Below, piece after piece: positions 8,244-16,782 of a stretch of DNA of 64,000 nt; positions within the stretch are counted from its first letter, which is position 1, and every line of letters starts with the position of its first letter. The translations under genes were made by a program, and so were the position numbers. The notes below the pieces were generated by a model, which had not been told where the DNA came from, did not search any database, and saw only the letters and a program-made list of their open reading frames with translations. This stretch comes from a virus. Location of the stretch: the IMG/VR virus record IMGVR_UViG_3300028581_000012, one strand, 5' to 3'.

Positions 8244-9818
8244 TTAAGAAAAACCTATTTTTTGTAAAGGCATAGTTTTAGGTGAACCGTTAACACTTAT
8301 ACCACTACAGGTTGATGGTGTTATAGTAACATTTGTAATTGAAACTGAATCCAATATATACCCTTCTAATTGACATCCTCTAAATTCTATAGTTGGTGTG
8401 TTAATAAATTGGGTAATTGTTCCGTTTATAAGTCCACCTGAAGATATTGTCGCAGTATAAGTATTTGTGTAAGAACTAAAGTTTATATAAGATGAAGCAC
8501 AAGAAGGTCTACTTAATCCTGTTGATGTGACAATTGAATTAACAGGTGAACTAAGTGTTGCACTACCAACAGTTGTTGCGGTTATTGAATTTGTAATTAC
8601 AGGAACGTTTGATGCGAATGTTTTACCTGTAAATCCAACGGCAGTATTAATTGTAAAGTTTACAGTTTTACCAGCAGGTAATGTAGGACTTACATTAATT
8701 TGATAGTACCAAGTTTTTGTTACGGTAGTCCCAACATTCACTTGATTAGCTAAAGGTGTCAAACTTAAATTTAAAACATAATTAGTAAATGCACTTTGTG
8801 GTGTTAGAGTTACTGATTGTGTTGTAACAGTATTATTGGTATCTTTAATATGAACTGTATAATTTCCAGCAACTAAACCTAAAAAGACATTTGACGCTTG
8901 GTAATTAACCCCATTTATTGAATAAGTGTAAGAAGGGACCCCACCATATCCTGTCACATTTAACACTCCATTACTTGTATTTGAGCAAGTTGGTTGGGTT
9001 GTTACAACAGATAATGTAAGTGGTGGTGTTGTGCAAACTCCTGTACTAACTAATACGGTTCCTTGATAAGTCCCTAACAATGACCAATTTCCTGTTGGTG
9101 GTGTTGTTGGTTGAAGTAGTGCGGGTACACCAGGATTAGTCCATCCACTTATTTCCCATCTTGTATTTCCTGTGTTGTAGTACATTGTTGTTGTTGAACT
9201 TGTCCAAGATGGGTATCCATTAATTGTTGAACCGCTTGTGTATGTGGTTAGATATGTGTTGTTTAATGAAGGAGTATATTCAAAACATAAATTTTGTGGG
9301 TAAACCGGTGTAGGTACTGGTGGTGGTAAACAATCTGAACAAGTATCAAATGGCCCTGTAGAAATTACTGCAAAATTATTTACATAGGATTGTCCCGTAT
9401 AAAGTGTTTGACCACTATGTGTCCAACAACCCGTTTGTGTTGTTAAACTATAAACTTTACCATCAACAAACTTAGATGGTAAATCGGCAACATAATAAAC
9501 AAAGTTTCCTGAATTTTGACAATCCTCAAATTGTTCCAAATAAAAACTATCATAGTCAACACTACAAGTTGTTCTTCCTGTAAAATCACCATAATAATCA
9601 ATAACCGTTGCGGTATAATCACCAGGTAGTAAGTTTGTTATTAAAGAACCTTGAGCTCCGTTGCTCCAAGAAATATTATATGGTGGTGTTCCTCCTGTAA
9701 CATAAAGAGTTATAAGACCATTTGTAGAATCAGGTGTTGACGCATTAATACTATCACAATCTAACCCCAATGGTAGAAGTGTTATTATATTACAACTATT
9801 TCCACTTAAAAGTCCCAT
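8244..9818 (-). CDS. Tail fibre/adhesin-like protein with SprB-like repeats
   Basis: NGLITLYVTGGTPPYNISWSNG...LLPGDYTATVID and TCSNTSNGVLNVTGYGGVPSYTYSING...LVAGNYTVHIKD. Confidence 0.7.
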   Translation of the reverse strand: MGLLSGNSCNIITLLPLGLDCDSINASTPDSTNGLITLYVTGGTPPYNISWSNGAQGSLITNLLPGDYTATVIDYYGDFTGRTTCSVDYDSFYLEQFEDCQNSGNFVYYVADLPSKFVDGKVYSLTTQTGCWTHSGQTLYTGQSYVNNFAVISTGPFDTCSDCLPPPVPTPVYPQNLCFEYTPSLNNTYLTTYTSGSTINGYPSWTSSTTTMYYNTGNTRWEISGWTNPGVPALLQPTTPPTGNWSLLGTYQGTVLVSTGVCTTPPLTLSVVTTQPTCSNTSNGVLNVTGYGGVPSYTYSINGVNYQASNVFLGLVAGNYTVHIKDTNNTVTTQSVTLTPQSAFTNYVLNLSLTPLANQVNVGTTVTKTWYYQINVSPTLPAGKTVNFTINTAVGFTGKTFASNVPVITNSITATTVGSATLSSPVNSIVTSTGLSRPSCASSYINFSSYTNTYTATISSGGLINGTITQFINTPTIEFRGCQLEGYILDSVSITNVTITPSTCSGISVNGSPKTMPLQKIGFS

Positions 9819-9819
9819 A

Positions 9820-11394
9820 TTACCAAGTTGCTCCGCTTATTCTTTTCCAACCTGTGTTGTCTTTATAGTAAAAATAACTATTGTCCCATCGTAAAGAACC
9901 GGGTTCTCCTAATGTGTCTAAACTACTTGTTGGTGTACCTGAATAAGCCAAAACAATGTTTGGAACATATACTGTATTTGATAATGTTGCAGTAATACCA
10001 GTCCCTCCTAAAATAACTGAACGAAATGTATTTACCGTATTTCCTGAACCACCAATAATTGCAGAATCATAAACTGGAGCTGAAGGTCCAGAACCCGTGA
10101 TGGTATTATATTTTCCTCCTAAAATTGTTGAGTTATCCGTATCACCACTCTGAATTAAATTAGAAATACCTCCTAATATCGCACCTTGTGAATTATTAAT
10201 TGTAGATTGTTTACTATAAACAAAAGATAATTCCCCGTTATTTATGTTGTCATTTCCCCCCGCAAAAGCTTTGTCTGAGTTAATTTGATTTGCTACCCCA
10301 ATAATAAATGAATTATTCCCTTCTATTTTGTTAGAGTCCCCAAAAGAAACTGAACTTGTTCCGACCACATAATTATTATTATTAAAAACACAAGAATTGA
10401 TGCCAAATACGGTGTTGGATTTTCCTTGTGCAAAAGTAGATTTACTTAATGCGTTATTAGTTTCATTTATAGCCATTGAAAAATCTCCCAAGGCTGCAGC
10501 ACTGCTACCTTTAGCGTTAGAAATGAATCCACCAACGTTTTGGTTACCATTCCAAGTAGAAACAGGCGCAGTATTTCCAACAACCGCAAATGAACTAGTA
10601 CTTGTTGAAATATCGTACAAATAAATTATTGTTTGACTTCCGTTAAAAGTTGCTCCTGATACTTTTCTATAGGTTTCAGTTAAAGTATTTGCATATGACA
10701 CATCATTTATATACACATAATCATCTGAAGTATATTCTGTTGTGATGTCACCATAAGAACTTGAAAGGTAAATAACTCCAGCAGTCAATCCTGTTGCTAA
10801 ATATCCTTTGTTTGTACCGGCCAAAGTTCTATAACCTTCAGCGTGTGAATAAGTACCTATTGCAATTGTAGTCTTACCTTCAGCGTGAGATGCATTTCCA
10901 AATGCAAGTGTGTTTTCACCTTCAGCGTGTGAAGTAATTCCTGACGCGATTGTACCTGAACCTTCAGCGTGTGTGTAATTACTTAACGCTTGTGTATTAT
11001 TACCAAACGCAAAAGATAAAGTCCCTTGAGCATCAGAACCTGTGGATTGAACTCTATTATGTACTGTTATTTCGTTTGAACAAGCATGAATATTTTCAGT
11101 GTAAAAACTTGTAATACAATTTCCCGAACCACCTGTAAATGGTGTTGTAAGACCTGAAACGGTAAAAGTTCCGCCAGTACTATTGGTAAAAGTTAATGTA
11201 CCTCCTGAAGAAACTGCAGTTCCACCTGTTAAATATACATCAGGTGAACCCCCAAATAAAGGTACCAACTGACTTAGTGATGCTTTATATGATGAACCAC
11301 TAGCACTTTGTGATGTATCACCTGTTATTACAATATGTATAAGGTCATTAAGTGAAGCCCCTGTGGCGAATGTCCTTGATGTTAAAGTTGCCAT
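9820..11394 (-). CDS. Tail fibre/receptor-binding protein with YadA-head-like repeats
   Basis: Four HAEG repeats of 14-aa period (e.g. SHAEGENTLAFGNA), beta-helix-like ILGG..N.I repeats, C-terminal GSLRWDNSYFYY...WKR. Confidence 0.75.
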   Translation of the reverse strand: MATLTSRTFATGASLNDLIHIVITGDTSQSASGSSYKASLSQLVPLFGGSPDVYLTGGTAVSSGGTLTFTNSTGGTFTVSGLTTPFTGGSGNCITSFYTENIHACSNEITVHNRVQSTGSDAQGTLSFAFGNNTQALSNYTHAEGSGTIASGITSHAEGENTLAFGNASHAEGKTTIAIGTYSHAEGYRTLAGTNKGYLATGLTAGVIYLSSSYGDITTEYTSDDYVYINDVSYANTLTETYRKVSGATFNGSQTIIYLYDISTSTSSFAVVGNTAPVSTWNGNQNVGGFISNAKGSSAAALGDFSMAINETNNALSKSTFAQGKSNTVFGINSCVFNNNNYVVGTSSVSFGDSNKIEGNNSFIIGVANQINSDKAFAGGNDNINNGELSFVYSKQSTINNSQGAILGGISNLIQSGDTDNSTILGGKYNTITGSGPSAPVYDSAIIGGSGNTVNTFRSVILGGTGITATLSNTVYVPNIVLAYSGTPTSSLDTLGEPGSLRWDNSYFYYKDNTGWKRISGATW

Positions 11395-11418
11395 TTTTTA
11401 TTTTATATATATCATAGT

Positions 11419-11709
11419 TTATTGAAAGTCGTATGGTATTCCGTCTTGGAATTCAAAACATATTAAATTTTCAAATTGTTTATATGTGCAAAAACTATCT
11501 GAACAGAATTCACATCCATTTGCATCTATTATTTTAATAACATAACTGTTCATTGATTCAAAGGAAACAGGTAAGGTAAATGAATATGGTACGGTAGTAA
11601 TTGTTGCAATATATTGACAAGTACCATATATACCACATTCATCGCAAACCCACACGTCGTATGGACTTGTTCCTGATATAATTGTGTTAAGTGTTACTAT
11701 TGTTGCCAT
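11419..11709 (-). CDS. Small Cys-rich tail-fibre adaptor-like protein (paralog family)
   Basis: SGTSPYDVWVCD...IKIIDANGC shared with 16282..16569 and 16573..16782; likely start MATIV (11709), track start 11718. Confidence 0.65.
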   Translation of the reverse strand: MATIVTLNTIISGTSPYDVWVCDECGIYGTCQYIATITTVPYSFTLPVSFESMNSYVIKIIDANGCEFCSDSFCTYKQFENLICFEFQDGIPYDFQ

Positions 11710-11711
11710 TT

Positions 11712-13322
11712 TTAACAAACTCCATTAACTGTGCAGAACTCAGTGATTACACCACTATTATCAACACTATAAATTTTATTTCCGTATCTTATATAATCAA
11801 TCGTCAAAGGATATAATAATGATGAATTACTATAAACTGTAACACCTGTTTGTATTTGATTAATTGAAGGGTGGGTATAGAATATTGTTTGAACTCCAAA
11901 GTTTGTTAATTGACATCCTGGACAATTAACTGAATATGCACCATTACCTATCCAAGTATTAAATGTACCAACGAGTGGTTCAACTTGTAAACATTCTGTG
12001 CAGTCAACATATGTTGTTGCTGTTGTCGCCGTAAATCTATCTTCATTTACCACAATATAACCTGAAGGTGGAACATAATTTATAAAGTATCCTACATAAC
12101 TATAACAATTTCCGGAATAATCCCTAATTACTTCTCCTGGGTCTAGATTTGTTGGTGGATATGCTGTTTGTGTAATCATAGATGTTGTCGTACAAGATGT
12201 GAACACAAAGTAAGTACCAGGGGCATATGTTGGTGTAGGTGTCGGCGTAGGTGTAGGTGTCGGAGTTGGTGTCGGAGTTGGTGTAGGTGTCGGAGTTGGC
12301 GCTGGACAAACAGTACATCCTGTGTACGCTGAAACAACAAGTTTAACTGTCGCGTTTGGACTAGCAGTTGTATCTTGTATGTAAGTTGCACATTTTAATT
12401 GGTCGTTAATGACACCCAAGAACGTCTGACCTGTTGTTATTGGTGTTCCTGATATATCTAAAGAACCTGAAACATAATAAGTGACGTTTTCATTACAATC
12501 TCTTAACTCTTTAACTCTAAAACATACAAAGTTTCCATCATCAATTGTAAATGTTACAGTTTCACCCGTTAAATTAATTGTTGGTGTCGGTGTTGGAGTT
12601 GGTGTAGGAGTTGGAGTTGGTGTAGGAGTTGTTCCACTAACTGTAATATCAACGGTAAACCCTGAACATATATCGGGTGTTGGTGATGGTGTCGGAGTTG
12701 GTGTGGGTGTTGGAGTTGGTGTGGGTGTTGGAGTTGGGGTTGGTGATACACATAACACATCAACTTCAAAATCAAATATATCACAAACAGGTGTTGGTGT
12801 TGGCGTTGGAGTAACACAAGAACCTGCGTAAAATAAATCCGTATATAAATTTGGACAAGTTGATAATGTTGGGTCTTGTCCAAAGAAATAACAACCTGTT
12901 CCAGGTGCTGTACCTAAACACCATTTTGTAGGTCCTTTATAAATGTATCCCGGTTGTGTTCCACCTGTAAAAAACGGTAAAGTATTATAACTTCCCGCCA
13001 CAACATAACTACCACTATATGCTGAAAAATTTACATCGTTAATTTGAACACAATACACATTTGAACAACATTCTCCCGTTGCGCAAAATGATGATGAGCA
13101 ACCTGATAGTTGTTGGGTGTATATTCCGTTAGGTACAATACTTGTTGCAGTGAATCCTGAAGTGAATGCAGATACTATAGTATAACATCCATTAACAACA
13201 ACACTATCATAAGTGACACTAAAAACTGTTGTAACAGCCGATGTTGCACCGGTCCAATTTGATTGGTCCGTATAATATTGTAATCCGGGATAACAACAAC
13301 TTTGTAAGAGTATATTCGCCAT
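11712..13322 (-). CDS. Cys-rich tail-fibre-like protein with mucin-like Pro-Thr linkers
   Basis: Four (PT)n tracts separating Cys-rich modules. Confidence 0.7.
   Translation of the reverse strand: MANILLQSCCYPGLQYYTDQSNWTGATSAVTTVFSVTYDSVVVNGCYTIVSAFTSGFTATSIVPNGIYTQQLSGCSSSFCATGECCSNVYCVQINDVNFSAYSGSYVVAGSYNTLPFFTGGTQPGYIYKGPTKWCLGTAPGTGCYFFGQDPTLSTCPNLYTDLFYAGSCVTPTPTPTPVCDIFDFEVDVLCVSPTPTPTPTPTPTPTPTPTPSPTPDICSGFTVDITVSGTTPTPTPTPTPTPTPTPTINLTGETVTFTIDDGNFVCFRVKELRDCNENVTYYVSGSLDISGTPITTGQTFLGVINDQLKCATYIQDTTASPNATVKLVVSAYTGCTVCPAPTPTPTPTPTPTPTPTPTPTPTPTYAPGTYFVFTSCTTTSMITQTAYPPTNLDPGEVIRDYSGNCYSYVGYFINYVPPSGYIVVNEDRFTATTATTYVDCTECLQVEPLVGTFNTWIGNGAYSVNCPGCQLTNFGVQTIFYTHPSINQIQTGVTVYSNSSLLYPLTIDYIRYGNKIYSVDNSGVITEFCTVNGVC
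12229..12812 (-). repeat. Pro-Thr dipeptide repeat tracts (about 12229-12303, 12580-12633, 12675-12745, 12788-12812)
   Basis: ggtgtaggtgtcggagttggtgt... synonymous-variant hexamer repeats. Confidence 0.9.
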
Positions 13323-13341
13323 TAAAAAATTAACTTTATAA

Positions 13342-13349
13342 TATAAATA
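13342..13349 (-). promoter_or_regulatory. TATTTATA upstream motif (putative late promoter)
   Basis: 19 nt before ATG at 13322. Confidence 0.55.
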
Positions 13350-13367
13350 AGCTTATGTTTATTTTAT

Positions 13368-14165
13368 TTACAACTCAAGGTCCGTTTCTTCAGGAAGATA
13401 GTTATAAAAGTGTTTATATGCGTGAATAAAAGCAACATCGGGCTGTTCTTCCATAGGTATTGACCAACCACTTTTATCCCACCAATTTCCTTTATTTTTT
13501 GAATCGTATTCTGCCCAATCATTCCAAACACCACTTGTATAACCAAAAAATTGAAAAAGAAATGAAAGTGTCGCATCACACCACTCGATTGGTCTTGAAT
13601 CCAACTGATATATTTCACCCCAAGGAACCTCGTTTAAATTATTATATATTTCAATAAATTTTTTACGATTGAATATTGCCCCTCCACACGCACCATAACC
13701 TTCTAATGAGCCAATCTCACTCCAATAATGTCGTGATTCGTCTGTTATATTGAATTTGTTTTTCAAATATTTGTAAAGTTCAGGAGTATACATAGGTCCG
13801 TTTGCTCCCGCAATATCAAAAGTCGGTGGTTTTGTTATTTCACATTTACACCAAACATCATCTTCATAATGTATTACCCAATCAACGTCTTTTAATGTTG
13901 TCACACAAGCATCATAAATTCTTTTTAACCAATCCAAAGGTCCATTTTCACCTAAAAAAACCCTACCCGAATGAGGATTATTAATTCCTTGTTGTTCAAT
14001 CCAAGTATAGTCACAATTAAATTTTTTTGCAACAGGCTCTAATAATTTAGAACCATCTTCATATAACGCAACTGGAATGTTTGGGTAAATTTTTCTTAAC
14101 TGTTCTAGCGCTTTATAACAAGCAACAAGTTTATGCCCTGATTGATAAAATGCACCTATTTTCAT
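13368..14165 (-). CDS. Glycosyltransferase, GT-A fold
   Basis: MKIGAFYQ...LRKIYPNIPVALYEDG, VIHYEDDVW (DxD-like), CGGAIF, WCDATLS, C-terminal FIHAYK. Confidence 0.7.
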   Translation of the reverse strand: MKIGAFYQSGHKLVACYKALEQLRKIYPNIPVALYEDGSKLLEPVAKKFNCDYTWIEQQGINNPHSGRVFLGENGPLDWLKRIYDACVTTLKDVDWVIHYEDDVWCKCEITKPPTFDIAGANGPMYTPELYKYLKNKFNITDESRHYWSEIGSLEGYGACGGAIFNRKKFIEIYNNLNEVPWGEIYQLDSRPIEWCDATLSFLFQFFGYTSGVWNDWAEYDSKNKGNWWDKSGWSIPMEEQPDVAFIHAYKHFYNYLPEETDLEL

Positions 14166-15403
14166 ATTTCACCTGTTATTTGTTTTATCCACCCATTTTC
14201 TTTATGGTGTAACCATATTGACCACGATTTAGCAGAATCATCAACCATAAAGGTTCTCTTAATTTGGACGTAGTCACTTTTAACACTATAACAAGTTTTT
14301 AATTCGTCTTCAGAGGCATCTTCTCTAAATATTTCACCACCAAATTCATCTAAAAATGAAACGGCCCAAAAATCATAATTATCTTCAGGTGCTTCAATTC
14401 TTGGAACAACTATATTGTATGTGAATTTATTTAGTTTTGTTTCAAACCAATTTGAGTCGTCGTTAATTGGCGGGTCAGTCCCTTTTAATGTTTCGGGGTG
14501 TAATCTTCTTTTTTTAAAATCAATACCAGCATATAACTCATAATCCCTATGAGACCTTACATCACCTAAACCAAATTCCCCTAAATCAATATTATTATCT
14601 TCTTCTTGTAACATATGTCTTAATCTAACCAACCCTTCTGAATTGATTACATGCCATTCTTTTTCAATTAGACCACTTTTTACATTTTCTTCATTAAAAT
14701 CATCCCAATGTTTAGTTCTACCTATTCTTGTATATTCATGCCAAACAACTGTCTTATGGGGGTGGAATAAATCATAACCCAAAGTATAAGACCTAATAGA
14801 TAGACTTATTTCATCACCTGCAAAATATATATTTGGGTCGTACTTGTACTCATCACAATGTTTACCTAATGTAAAAAAGAAATGACCGCTTACAAATCTT
14901 GCAGGTATAGGTTTTTCTAATTTTTGCCAATTTGGTATTTGTTCAGGATAAAAGAAAATTGTTCCATACTCTGAAAACTTTCTTGCAACACACTTGTATG
15001 GTTCTTCGTTTAATAACTTATTAGTTTTTGGTTCATACATACCTGCGTATGCGGTAATTATTGGTTTTTCAACACCAGTTAATTTCATCATTTCAATTAA
15101 TTCTACATCCCAATCTTGTAAAAAACGGTGATGTGAGTCTAATTGCATTGTGTATTCTTCACCCTTCCATAGTTTTTGAATAAGACTTCTAGCCCAACAT
15201 AAACCTTTACTTTTGGTCCAGTGATAGTCCAAAATTGTGAACCTTTCGTCTTTTTGAAACTCTTCTAAGGATTCATTTTCGTCTCTTTGCCAACAAAGAC
15301 CGAATGTTAGATTTTCAGGATATTTTGCTTTATTAATACAATCTCTAATTGTTGGTAAGAGTTCGGGGTCGCGATAAGATGCGATTTGAACAAATATTTT
15401 CAT
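14162..15403 (-). CDS. Glycosyltransferase resembling GT60 (Skp1-hydroxyproline/polypeptide alpha-GlcNAc transferase, 'GlcNAc' family)
   Basis: IFVQIASYRDPEL, SKGLCWAR, QLDSHHRF..WD, FVSGHFFF, YDPNIYFAGDEISLSIRSYTLGYDLFHP, WHEYTR. Confidence 0.85.
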   Translation of the reverse strand: MKIFVQIASYRDPELLPTIRDCINKAKYPENLTFGLCWQRDENESLEEFQKDERFTILDYHWTKSKGLCWARSLIQKLWKGEEYTMQLDSHHRFLQDWDVELIEMMKLTGVEKPIITAYAGMYEPKTNKLLNEEPYKCVARKFSEYGTIFFYPEQIPNWQKLEKPIPARFVSGHFFFTLGKHCDEYKYDPNIYFAGDEISLSIRSYTLGYDLFHPHKTVVWHEYTRIGRTKHWDDFNEENVKSGLIEKEWHVINSEGLVRLRHMLQEEDNNIDLGEFGLGDVRSHRDYELYAGIDFKKRRLHPETLKGTDPPINDDSNWFETKLNKFTYNIVVPRIEAPEDNYDFWAVSFLDEFGGEIFREDASEDELKTCYSVKSDYVQIKRTFMVDDSAKSWSIWLHHKENGWIKQITGEI

Positions 15404-15451
15404 AAAGAAAAATTATCAAATAAAGTATACAAATAAACATTTTTTTAAAAA

Positions 15452-16258
15452 TTAATTCCACACTTGGATATAACCTAAATAAGATGTAAATGAGTTAGTT
15501 GTTCCTCCACTCATTATTAATTGAAAATCTCCTCCCGTAAAACCAGAAACCGTTACGGGGGTCGACGCATCTGAAAGTGCATATCTTTTAAAATCACCAT
15601 TATTGTCACACCATCCAATAGAATAACAACCGATTGCTGTACCACCACTAAAAACAATTTCACCAAATATTTCGGATGGATGGTTATTTGCTTGGGCGGT
15701 AGACGCACCAAGGATAGTATAACTAATTAATGTGTCTGAACCAAATTTTGTAACCATTTCAATAGTAGGTGAGTTGTCCAAAGACCCCCATATACCCGTT
15801 ACCCTAAAATGTATAATTTTTGAAATATAATTAACACTATCAGTAAAAAATTGAGTTGTAAAATTTTTTGAGCCAAAATTTGTTGCCCCACTAAATAAAT
15901 CAGCACTTGACCCAACTCCATATGTAATAACATTATTTCTAGTATAAATAGTTCTCATTGCAACTCCACCCAAAATATCTGTATTCCCACTTATTGAGTT
16001 TAGTGATGGTGAAGTACCTGATGTTCCGTTTGTGCCGCTAGTTCCGTTTGTACCTGAAGTACCATTCGTACCACTTGACCCTGAGGAACCACTAGTCCCA
16101 CTACTACCTGAAGTTCCAGCAATTGATGCTGTTATCGCACTAAAAGGTACCGCCTCAGTTCTACCACTTGTAATTGGTGTGTAATTAACAATAACTAATA
16201 ATGAATTGGCGTATCCTGTGGTTGCTGCCGGTAAGGAGGATATTGGTAAATCTGGCAT
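15452..16258 (-). CDS. Short fibre protein with Gly-X-Y (GTS/GSS/GTN) collagen-like repeat
   Basis: N-terminal MPDLPISSLPAATT; about 12 G-X-Y triplets GTSGSSGTSGSSGSSGTNGTSGTNGTSGTNGTSGTS. Confidence 0.7.
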   Translation of the reverse strand: MPDLPISSLPAATTGYANSLLVIVNYTPITSGRTEAVPFSAITASIAGTSGSSGTSGSSGSSGTNGTSGTNGTSGTNGTSGTSPSLNSISGNTDILGGVAMRTIYTRNNVITYGVGSSADLFSGATNFGSKNFTTQFFTDSVNYISKIIHFRVTGIWGSLDNSPTIEMVTKFGSDTLISYTILGASTAQANNHPSEIFGEIVFSGGTAIGCYSIGWCDNNGDFKRYALSDASTPVTVSGFTGGDFQLIMSGGTTNSFTSYLGYIQVWN

Positions 16259-16265
16259 AGGTTTT

Positions 16266-16273
16266 TATAAATA
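16266..16273 (-). promoter_or_regulatory. TATTTATA upstream motif (putative late promoter)
   Basis: 7 nt before ATG at 16258. Confidence 0.55.
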
Positions 16274-16281
16274 AATATTTG

Positions 16282-16569
16282 TTATGTTATTTTGATTCTA
16301 AATCCATCTTCTTGTAATATATAAAAACCATCTTCTTGTAATAAATAACTTCCACAATCAATTTGTATTTCTCTTATACACCCATCCGCAGTTATAACTT
16401 TAATATAAACAATGTCTTCATTTGGAAAAAAAACTGATGAATCTATTACGACATTTGGTGGGATAGAAGTGACCCCTGATACATAAAAACAAGATACGTT
16501 TGTTGGGTCACATATATAAACATCATATGGACTTGTGCCACTTGTTACTCCAGTAATTTCTATTATCAT
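16282..16569 (-). CDS. Small Cys-rich adaptor-like protein with LQEDG repeats
   Basis: SGTSPYDVYICD...IKVITADGC; C-terminal YLLQEDGFYILQEDGFRI. Confidence 0.65.
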   Translation of the reverse strand: MIIEITGVTSGTSPYDVYICDPTNVSCFYVSGVTSIPPNVVIDSSVFFPNEDIVYIKVITADGCIREIQIDCGSYLLQEDGFYILQEDGFRIKIT

Positions 16570-16572
16570 AAT

Positions 16573-16782
16573 TTAACAATTTACTTCTTGAAATGTTTCA
16601 CAACCGTTATCATCAATAGCCTTTATAACTAATGAACTCGCACCACTGTAATATGCACTTAAAACATAAGTACCAAGTGAAGTACCAAGAAGTGAGCAGT
16701 TGTTACCATTTTGGTCACAAACATAATAATCAATTGGAGGCGTTCCTCCTGTTAAACCCGTTATGTCTATAGAATAAGGCAT
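16573..16782 (-). CDS. Small Cys-rich protein (paralog family)
   Basis: TGGTPPIDYYVCD...IKAIDDNGC. Confidence 0.65.
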   Translation of the reverse strand: MPYSIDITGLTGGTPPIDYYVCDQNGNNCSLLGTSLGTYVLSAYYSGASSLVIKAIDDNGCETFQEVNC

